Positions 1 to 7,204 of a stretch of 17,145 bases of DNA are shown here, piece by piece. Source of the DNA: Paraspadella gotoi (lineage: Eukaryota > Animalia > Chaetognatha); the NCBI GenBank assembly GCA_051294375.1, contig JBJCIZ010001328.1, positions 1 through 17,145 of the forward strand. Direction: 5' to 3'. The notes beneath the pieces are model-generated. The model saw only the letters and a list, made by a program, of their open reading frames with translations, had not been told where the DNA came from and ran no database searches. The stretch's first letter is position 1, and every line of letters begins with the position of its first letter. A program made the translations under genes and the position numbers.

Positions 1-128
1 TGAGGCATGTTGCCTGATGTGTTGTGTGCGGAAAGTGCATCGCCAGGTTGAGAAGGTTGGGAAGCGAATGCCTTGCCTCCAGCACCAATGGCCGCTGATG
101 AACGGTTGGTGGATTTTAGTCCACCATA
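1..128 (-). mobile_element. Internally deleted copy of the tRNA-bearing TRIM family (5' part of LTR fused to internal repeat; runs off window start)
   Basis: Reverse complement of ~55-128 matches LTR 918-~991 (TATGGTGGACTAAAATCCACC...). Reverse complement of 1-52 matches the internal region ~787-838 (ctcaacctggcgatgcactttccgc.cacaacacatcaggc.acatgcctca). Confidence 0.85.
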
Positions 129-310
129 GTCCTTTGGTTGGTCAAGGGTCACTTATCTGCAAAGTTTCAACTAAAACTACCAAATATTACTGGAATTATG
201 CCGTATTTACTTTGTAATCACGTGATCATATTACTACCCAGGTCCCAAGTATGATATATAATGGGGCGTTTAAAAATAACAAAATATAACAAATCGAATA
301 AGGTACATAG

Positions 311-357
311 TATGGTGGACTAAAATCTCGGTTCTGTCACTAACTCATAACAATAAT
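311..357 (+). mobile_element. Solo LTR of the TRIM family, left part (internally deleted, lacks tRNA-like core; interrupted by hAT insertion)
   Basis: TATGGTGGACTAAAATC is joined directly to (c)ggttctgtcactaactcataacaataat. Preceded by ATAG (307-310). The LTR sequence resumes at 3873-3892. Confidence 0.85.
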
Positions 358-526
358 CTGTGTTTGGAAAAACCCGGGTTTTTTTTTAAAAAAACCTAGC
401 CCAGTGGGTTTTTTGGTTTTTTTTAAAAATTACTAAGTCCAATCATCTTTAAACAGTTTCTTTTTACTTTTAAGGCAGTAACTATGTTGATAGTATAATG
501 GACTAAAATCCACCAACCATTCATCA

Positions 527-598
527 GCAGCCATTGGTGCCGGAGGCAAGTCATTCGCCTCCCAACCCAAAGGTCCGGGGTTCTTGCCCGGTGGTTGC
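527..598 (+). ncRNA. tRNA-Gly-like pseudo-tRNA (putative Pol III promoter) in 5' LTR
   Basis: 72 nt. Acceptor stem GCAGCCA/TGGTTGC at tRNA positions 1-7/66-72; T-stem CCGGG/CCCGG at 49-53/61-65 with GTTC. A-box-like TGGTGCCGGAGG. Loop CTCCCAA; the anticodon stem pairs poorly, so this is not a functional tRNA. Confidence 0.75.
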
Positions 599-730
599 CT
601 AGCAATTAAGAGGGACGGGGCGCTTTACCCGCCTGTAACATGGTGATACAGCCTGATCCGAAGCTCAGGGACTGCTTATATATTTAACGGTTTTATCACT
701 AACTCATAACAATAATTACTGTCTCTTCAT

Positions 731-746
731 TGGTGAGCCCGACTTC
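731..746 (+). promoter_or_regulatory. Primer-binding site, tRNA-Trp-like
   Basis: TGGTGAGCCCGAC lies 1 nt after the LTR-terminal CA. It matches 12/13 to TGGTGACCCCGAC, the complement of the eukaryotic tRNA-Trp 3' end (recalled, not searched). Confidence 0.75.
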
Positions 747-759
747 CGAACACAACAGC

Positions 760-870
760 AACAACAACACTTTCAGGCGTCATGCCTCAACCTGGCGATG
801 CACTTTCCGCCCACAACACATCAGGCGACATGCCTCAACTTGGTGACGAACTTTCCAACAACAACAACAA
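760..870 (+). repeat. Two ~50-bp tandem units plus (caa)n in the TRIM interior
   Basis: caacac.tcaggcg.catgcctcaac.tgg.ga.g.actttcc occurs twice (~765-808 and ~814-857). Confidence 0.8.
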
Positions 871-903
871 TTCACTGAAGAGACGCAACAGAATTCTCCC
901 TAC

Positions 904-915
904 AGGAGGGGGGGA
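904..915 (+). promoter_or_regulatory. Polypurine tract
   Basis: AGGAGGGGGGGA immediately upstream of TG and the 3' LTR. Confidence 0.85.
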
Positions 916-950
916 TGTATGGTGGACTAAAATCCACCAACCGTTCATCA

Positions 951-1022
951 GCAGCCATTGGTGCCGGAGGCAAGTCATTCACCTCCCAACCCAAAGGTCC
1001 GGGGTTCTTGCCCGGTGGTTGC
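951..1022 (+). ncRNA. tRNA-Gly-like pseudo-tRNA in 3' LTR
   Basis: Near-identical to 527-598, with the same acceptor and T stems. Confidence 0.75.
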
Positions 1023-1282
1023 CTACAGTTAAGAGGGACGGTGTTACAGCCTGATCCGAAGCTCAGGAACTGCTTATATTGAACGGTTCTATCACTAACA
1101 CATAACAATAATTACTGTCTCTTCAATAGGCTTTTAACTGATGAATCTGTTATAATTTTTTTCTTTTTGGATTAATATTGGAAAATTAATAGGCTTTATC
1201 ACATTGTATGAACTGATACTTTAATCTTTTTATACATAATGATGTTAGGAAAATTTGTTTTCTGTCTTTTGTTCTCTTCCAA

Positions 1283-2360
1283 TTTTTAGTCTGCTTTTCA
1301 GCAGATCCCGACTCTATAATTCACTTTGTCGGTCCGTCGGTCCACCCCCTCAATATTGTCGGGCACTAACTTATATCAAGTCAGAACATCGAATTATGAT
1401 AAATTATTAACAAGTATGAGCAATGTCAGATCTGCCCACGATCATTATCGGTAATTAATTAATTAATTAATTAAAAATTAATTTATTCAAGTTAATTATT
1501 TAATTAATTATGCAATTAATTTGATCAAAAATGTTTGTTTTGATTGATTAATTTATTAATTAATTATTAATTAATTAATTAACTAATTGATTAATTAACT
1601 AATTAATTATTTGATTAAATAATACATCTTGCATTTACATTTAAAATAAAAAGAAAAAGAACATAATCAATTAGTGAAACAGGTTCTTTGTTTTTTCCAT
1701 TTAAACTCATTTCCACTTGGACGATTCCATCGAAACTTCATATCCAGCTCAATCACACACTTCCCTACCCACACACAAAATTTCATTCCAATCCATCCAT
1801 CCAATCATGAGTAATTGGTGTTTTTTGCTAAGGTGGGACGGATGGACAGACGGACGAACGGACTGATGGACAGACGGACGCACTGACATCGTTTTTTTTT
1901 GCATAATTTATCATAATTCGATTTTCTGACATAAGTGAATGCCCGACAAGATTGAGGGGGCGAACCGATGTCCGTCCATCTGTCTGTCTGTCCGTCCCTC
2001 CCACCTTAGCAAAAAACTCCAATAGCTCGTAATTGGATGGATGGATTGGAATGAAATTTTGTGTGTGGGTAGGGAAGTGTGTGATTGACCTGGACATGAA
2101 GTTTCGATGGAATCGTCCAATAATTAATTAATCAGTCAATTAATCAATCAAAACAAACATTTTGGATCAAATTAATTAATCAATTGCCTAATTATTTAAT
2201 TAATTAAATAATTGAATTAATTAATTAATTTTTGGATCAAATTAATTAATCAATTGCCTAATTATTTAGTTAAATAAATAGTTGAATTAATTAGTTAATT
2301 AATTAATTAATTACCGATTATGATCGTGGGCAGATCCTACATTGTTTGCTCAAATTGGTT
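1283..2360 (+). mobile_element. Helentron/HINE (DINE-1-like) non-autonomous element with a nested antisense copy of itself (1409-1968)
   Basis: 5' end tttttagt..ctgct.tcagcagatcccgactctataa is shared with 8871 and 17142(-). Contains (GTCC/GTCT)n microsatellite, atgaaattttgtgtgtgggtag core unit, AATT-rich tract, and 3' end gggcagatcc..tttgctcaaa.t.gtt. T-rich junctions with no TSD. Family assignment is from architecture only. Confidence 0.7.
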
Positions 2361-2365
2361 TAACA

Positions 2366-3500
2366 ATGCCGTTTGGTAGTAGTAGAAAAAAAGGAACGGA
2401 GTGGGCAGAGGTGAGCCCGGTTGAAAATGACTCAAAAAAAGTTAGCTGCGATCACTGCTGTGAAAAAAATTAGTAATAAGATAGAACGAATTCACTTGCA
2501 TCTAAAAAAGTGTAAGGAGAAGAAAAAAGAACGAGAGGACTTATCATTTCAAATGAAAAGTACGATAGGACTTATCATTTCAAATGAAAAGAATAAGAGG
2601 ACTTATCATTTCAAATGAAAAGAAAGAGAGGACTTATCATTTCAAATGAAAATAACAAGAGGACTTATCATTTTAAATAAAAAGAACGAGAAGACTTATC
2701 ATTTCAAATGAAAAGAACGACAGGACTTATCATTTCAAATGAAAAGAACGAGAAGACTTATCATTTCAAATGAAAAGAATGAGAGGACTTATCATTTCAA
2801 ATGAAAAGAATGAGAGGACTTATCATTTCAGATGAAAAGAACGAGAGGAATTATCATTTCAAATGAAAAGAACGAGAGGACTTATCATTTCAAATGAAAA
2901 GAACGAGAGGACTGATCATTTCAAATGTCTCTCCCATTAAATCGTCCTCTGAGTTCAATGAGCAATTCTTCTGACATGTCTGATTCGTCAAGTTTGTGTC
3001 CTACTCCAGCTGATTTAAAAGAAAAAATTGATAAACACGTGGGAAAGTATGTAATTTTATTTATTTTAATAAAAAATGTATTTAATTATGTTTTTAGGTA
3101 CATGTTTGAAAAAGGAGTGGAGCCTTTTCATTTTATAGCATAGTTGACAGATCATCGTACTTTAACTGGAGAATTTTTAGAATTAGAAACTTTTACAGCA
3201 TTACTTTAGCTATAAACTTAAAAAGAAAGAGTATTTCCTTCAGCATATGTTTCTACTCACTCTTAGCAAGATGGCGCTCACAGACTGGTGGAAAATTATG
3301 AAGAAAAATTTTTTTCTGACAGTAGTGAAGAAAACAGTTTTGCTTCTTTCTGTACCTTTATGATTTTTTTTTACTCTTGCCAAGCCAGCTCAGCTTCAAT
3401 AGAAAGATGGTTTTCAACTTTTGGGTTAGTTTGGTCCAAAACCAGAAATAAACTTGGGCCAGAAAAAGCTATGAAACTGGTAAAGGTTTATAAAGCCTGA
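2366..3500 (+). pseudogene. hAT transposase pseudogene (BED zinc finger, central deletion, C-terminal dimerization domain)
   Basis: From ATG 2366: MPFGSSRKKGTEWAEV..KKVSCDHCCEK, frameshift in an A-run, then ISNKIERIHLHLKKC (W..CxxC..HxxxC BED pattern). GT-AG intron 3047-3097. PFHFIA*LTDHR resembles the hAT LLDPR-type motif. Then TDWWK and ASSASIERWFSTFGLVWSKTRNKLGPEKAMKLV (hAT dimerization domain). Stops and frameshifts present; far too short to be intact. Confidence 0.9.
2525..2927 (+). repeat. Minisatellite, 13 x 31 bp (aaaagaacgagaggacttatcatttcaaatg)
   Basis: Contiguous 31-bp period over 403 bp, no spacers, few substitutions. Confidence 0.95.
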
Positions 3501-3872
3501 CAAAAACAGGATTAAAAAAGAAAGATAATGAAATTGTAAATAATGTAAATATCAAATTATTGTGGCCCAATTTTTAAGTCAGATAACAAAGATCAAGTCA
3601 GTCAGTCAGAGATGAAGAATTTCAAGTTAGATCAGCTAAAACACAACAGAAATCAAGTATAGAAAGACGTCTAAGAACGTAGTTTATAAAGTAGTCAGAT
3701 GCTGCTATATAGTTGCATTTAATATTTAAGAAGTTTATTAATTATAATAAAAGAGAAAGATAACCAAAAAAATATATTATTTTTATATATATATATATAT
3801 TTAGCTCCGGTTTTTTTGTTTTTTTAGCTGGGTTTTTTGGGTTTTTGGTGGGTTTTTTTAATGCCAGCCTGC

Positions 3873-3892
3873 ACAATAATTACTGTCTTTCA
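3873..3892 (+). mobile_element. Solo LTR of TRIM family, right part
   Basis: acaataattactgtctttCA matches the LTR 3' end and is followed by ATAG (3893-3896), matching ATAG at 307-310. Confidence 0.8.
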
Positions 3893-4139
3893 ATAGCTAT
3901 TTTAGTGTAAAACTAAGTCCTGACGAATTTTTTGATGTGTTAACCATTTTTTGTGTATATTTATTTTCATGCTTCTTTGGTCAAAAATTGACGATTTTAA
4001 TGTTATATAAAATTGTCATAAAAAAGAAAACAATTATAAATTTGGATGATAATTGTGTTTTTCCTTTCTGTTTTGTTGTGATTTGATTTTAGAACAAAGT
4101 TTTGAAGAGAGATTTAACAACAAATTTTATTTCATAGTG

Positions 4140-4183
4140 AAACGGATATGTTTCGACTCATACGAGTCTTCTTCCAGCGCCAA
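4140..4183 (-). ncRNA. Minimal type I hammerhead ribozyme, degenerate copy
   Basis: Minus strand reads tggcg CTGGAAGA a GACTC gtat GAGTC GAAAC atATC cgttt. One extra G in the core; AUC cleavage triplet. Confidence 0.6.
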
Positions 4184-5237
4184 TTCAATTGTGAATTTGA
4201 AGAGAATTTTGTGCATAAATGAAAAGAGAAGAGAGAGAGAGATAGAGAGACAGAGCAAAGTTTCCAACACAGAGTTTTGAGAGAAAGATAGTGGTTCAGT
4301 TTTTTATTAGGGACAGGTGAAGGTGAGGACAGAGATAGTTGTGAAAGAAATTGAAAAAGAGAGAGAGAGAGACAGTGCTTGAAAATACAATATATTATGA
4401 AATGTACAACAAAGTTAACTAAAGTAAACTTTAGTAATAAATAATATCAGCAATTAGCTACCGTAAATAATTAGTGAAGTGAAATAGAAGTTCAGAATAT
4501 GAAAATTTTATTGTTAGTGAGGGATAGCTAAGTAATTAGGAAAAGGGAAAATTTCAAGTAATAAGAAAGAGCTCAAAATGAAGGGGGGCGAGGCACACAC
4601 TTCTGTCGGAAAGTGGCAAGAATGGACAGCCGCCCACCTCGCCAGCAGGCAAGAAGAGGCAGTCGGCTAGGTCGTACCAGGCCAGAGAGACATCGAGTTA
4701 CCTTTAGTTTCTTCCTGCAAGGAAGTTCTCCCAACTCTGCCACAAGTAGGCTCCACCAACCTGTCCTCTCAGCCAATGACACACCAATGACCCGACCTTA
4801 TCATCTCGCCTTTCATTTGTTATAACCAAGGGGGGCCAGCTCATTTTGAGCTCTTTCTTATTACTTGAAATTTCCCTTTTCCTAATTACTTAGCTATCCC
4901 TCACTAACAATTAATATTTCATATTTCTTGAACTTCTTATTTCAACTTCACTATTTATTACAGTAGCTAATTTTGATATTATTTCATTACTAAAGTTTTA
5001 CCAAAATTTTAACTGTTGTGTACATTTCATAATGTATATATTTATTTCAAGCACTGTCTCTCTCTCTCTCTCTCTCCATTCAATTTCTTTTCACAAACTA
5101 TCTCTGTCCTCACCTTCACCTGTCCCTAATAAAAACTGAACACTATCCTTTCTCTCAAACTCTGTGTTGGAAACTTTGCTCTGTCTCTCTCTCTCTTTCT
5201 TTATGCACAAAATTCTCTTCAAATTCACAAATTAAAT

Positions 5238-5281
5238 TGGCACTGAAGAAGACTCGTATGTGAGTCGAAACATGTCCGTTT
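5238..5281 (+). ncRNA. Minimal type I hammerhead ribozyme (Penelope-type)
   Basis: CTGAAGA (5243-5249), stem II GACTC/GAGTC (5251-5255/5262-5266), GAAA (5267-5270), palindromic stem III ACATGT (5270-5275), GUC with predicted cleavage after 5276, short stem I, AATAAA at ~5290. Confidence 0.8.
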
Positions 5282-5852
5282 CACTATGAAATAAAAATCG
5301 TTGTTAAATCTCTCTTCAAAACTTTGTTCTAAATTTGTGATAAATAAAATTATTAAAATTCTATAAAATTTACATGAGCTTTTGAAATATAAAAATAAAG
5401 ACTTATAAAATTGTTTTGGTAAGTTTATTTTTAAATTTTATATTTTATAAAAAGTTAGTAAACTATATTTATTAATAATTATAAGTAAAAATTAGGTTAA
5501 AGTTCAAAAATAATAATTTCAAAATTGTATTCCTGGTTTTGCATTCCATGCAAGAAGTTGATATAAGAAAATATAATTTTTGGCACTTTTTTCAAAGAAG
5601 CCCCCTTGTGCGGCTCCTGAAGCAGCGGACTCAAACACATACACAAAAATCGTATATTTTGCTGCTTCCATCGTCGCTTTATGGTCACTCCTTTTGTCGT
5701 TGCTCTCACCGTCGCAACTGCTTCCTCCATCGATCAAATTGTCGTCGTCGATTCTGTCAATCCCGATCCTGGCGGAGGCTTAATTCTTTCTCTCGCTGAG
5801 TCACCCAGCAAGCCAGAATTTTATTGTTGCAAAAGTAGCGTCGGGAAAAATG

Positions 5853-5948
5853 ACCCTAATCCCTTACCCTAATCCCAACCCAAATCCCTAACCCTAATCA
5901 ATAATATCTATCCTCTAAACTAACCTTATCCCTAACCGAAACCTTAAA
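5853..5948 (+). repeat. Degenerate telomere-like (CCCTAA)n tract, probably internal to a non-autonomous DNA transposon
   Basis: ccctaatcccttaccctaatcccaacccaaatccctaaccctaa... followed by the repeated motif atcgttcaaatt...gtcgatcc. Confidence 0.6.
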
Positions 5949-6458
5949 CAATTAATCCATCGTTCAAATTATTGTTCAAATTATCGTCGTCATATTTGTC
6001 GATCCTGACTCTAAGTCATCCAGCCAGAGAGAGCGAGAGAGATTCGCTGCTCCGTCATACGGCAATGGGGCATCGATGTTTGACAAGGCCTAATTTTTAT
6101 TCCAGTTTTTAAATTGTGACAACGAATTTTTAATGACAAGTCGGACAAAATTTTTATTCCAAAATTATATCATGAAGTTGTTCAAAATTAATAAAAACTA
6201 TAATTTTAAGACAAAAATTGAAAAATGAAATATAAAAAGCAGTTTTTAACATTTTTAACCAACTTAATAAAAGAATTTGTTAAAATGGATTATACTCTCT
6301 TATATCAACTTTTTGTAAGGAATTAAAATCCAGTTTTCAAATTTTCAAATTTTAATTTTTTCACTTTAACTTATTTTTTATAATTATTTATTAATAAATA
6401 TAGCTAACAAACAGGTAATAAAATATCAAATTTATAAATAAACTTACCAAAATATTTA

Positions 6459-6468
6459 NNNNNNNNNN
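6459..6468. other. Assembly gap
   Basis: 10 N. Confidence 1.
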
Positions 6469-6617
6469 CAAAAATCGCAATTTCCGACAAAGAAGATGAA
6501 ACTATACAAACAAATGGTTATCGACATCGAATTCTACAGACTTCATTACACTAAAATAGCCTCTAAGCATTATATTAAATTTAATTGAATCTATTTTAAG
6601 TAATATGACCTATTTAC

Positions 6618-6779
6618 TTTAAGATCGATCTCTCTTTTGTTCGAAGCAACGTGTGGGAGAATGACTTTGAGCAAACGACTTGGTTGGGGATATAGTAAGT
6701 ACTGATCATCGATCGAAACAAGGCGATCCGCGGGATTGATGTGGGTCGACTGCATCAGCTCATAGGCCAGGCGGCAAAT
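6618..6779 (-). CDS. FUT8: Internal exon of alpha-(1,6)-fucosyltransferase-like gene (end of catalytic domain/start of SH3)
   Basis: Polypyrimidine tract with CAG acceptor (6782-6780) and GTAAAT donor (6617); 162 nt, phase 0/0. ICRLAYELMQSTHINPADRLVSIDDQYLLYPQ..HVASNKREIDLK parallels FUT8 [44 protein letters not shown]. Confidence 0.9.
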
Positions 6780-7157
6780 CTGAAGATGGAGAAAAATAAA
6801 AAAAATGATTTCAAGGTACATAATAGAATATAACTGATCGATAAACCATATTTTTATATAAAATAATATTATAATAAGAATTCATATATACTGACTAAAC
6901 TTTAATTCACACTAAAGCTAGAGGCTTTCGGATCAGTAGAAATACAGGGTCCGGAATCAAAAGTTATAGTTCTATTTAAATGACAAGAGATTTTTAAATA
7001 TTTTATAAAAATTATTGTAAAAGAGCTCAAGTGAAAGCTTAGTGTTTATTGTATCTTTACAATTTAGGTCTAATTTTGATGAAATAGAAATCTAGATTTA
7101 TTGCAAATGCGAAACGATTTGTATATTTATAATTATGTACAAGGCAGCAAAGTATTT

Positions 7158-7204
7158 CAATGTGAAAATATAACTGTACATTGTACAGTTATATTTTCAC
7201 ATTG
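7158..7204. repeat. Perfect 23-bp inverted repeat with 1-nt spacer (intronic)
   Basis: caatgtgaaaatataactgtaca-t-tgtacagttatattttcacattg. Confidence 0.95.

Larger units (their letters stand above)
494..1125 (+). mobile_element. Complete non-autonomous LTR retrotransposon (TRIM) with tRNA-derived sequence in both LTRs
   Basis: 5' LTR 494-729 and 3' LTR 918-1125 both end ...ctgtctcttCA. PBS at 731, PPT at 904-915, 188-bp non-coding interior. 4-bp TSD ATAG at 490-493 and 1126-1129. Confidence 0.9.
358..3871 (+). mobile_element. Decayed hAT-superfamily DNA transposon carrying nested insertions
   Basis: Left end is ctgtgtttggaaaaacccggg with GGGTTTTTT subterminal motifs; right end is gggttttttgggtttttggtgggttttttaatgccagcctg. 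Flanked by duplicated acaataat (350-357, 3873-3880; 8 bp with one extra base, or 9 bp with one mismatch). Contains hAT transposase remnants. Confidence 0.85.
4088..5333. repeat. Long inverted repeat (arms 4088-4581 and 4841-5333, 259-nt GC-richer spacer); probable Penelope-like retroelement ends in head-to-head orientation
   Basis: Arms are collinear reverse complements differing by small indels and substitutions. Each has a hammerhead and AATAAA near its outer end. Confidence 0.85.

Noticed and set aside
90-128. CTGATGA plus hairpin in the TRIM LTR as a hammerhead (retrozyme)
   Set aside because: No GAAA or stem III follows in any copy. The same applies to CTGANGA at ~875, ~1138 and ~3920.
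527-598. Functional tRNA-Gly gene or plain tRNA-SINE
   Set aside because: The anticodon stem and T-loop are degenerate and there is no tail. The segment is embedded in LTRs with PBS, PPT and a 4-bp TSD.
782-1108. ORFs 782-1054 and 872-1108 (also 17-217 and 423-605)
   Set aside because: Chance frames across non-coding TRIM sequence; they resemble each other only because the LTR is repeated.
2525-2927. CRISPR-like regular repeat
   Set aside because: Units are contiguous with no unique spacers, there are no cas genes, and the context is eukaryotic.
3561-3780. Possible solo LTR within the hAT 3' region (TG start, TATAAA, AATAAA)
   Set aside because: No CA end, TSD or second copy could be identified.
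5497-5872. Five overlapping short ORFs
   Set aside because: No recognisable domain or splice signals; they reflect locally higher GC in repeat-like DNA.
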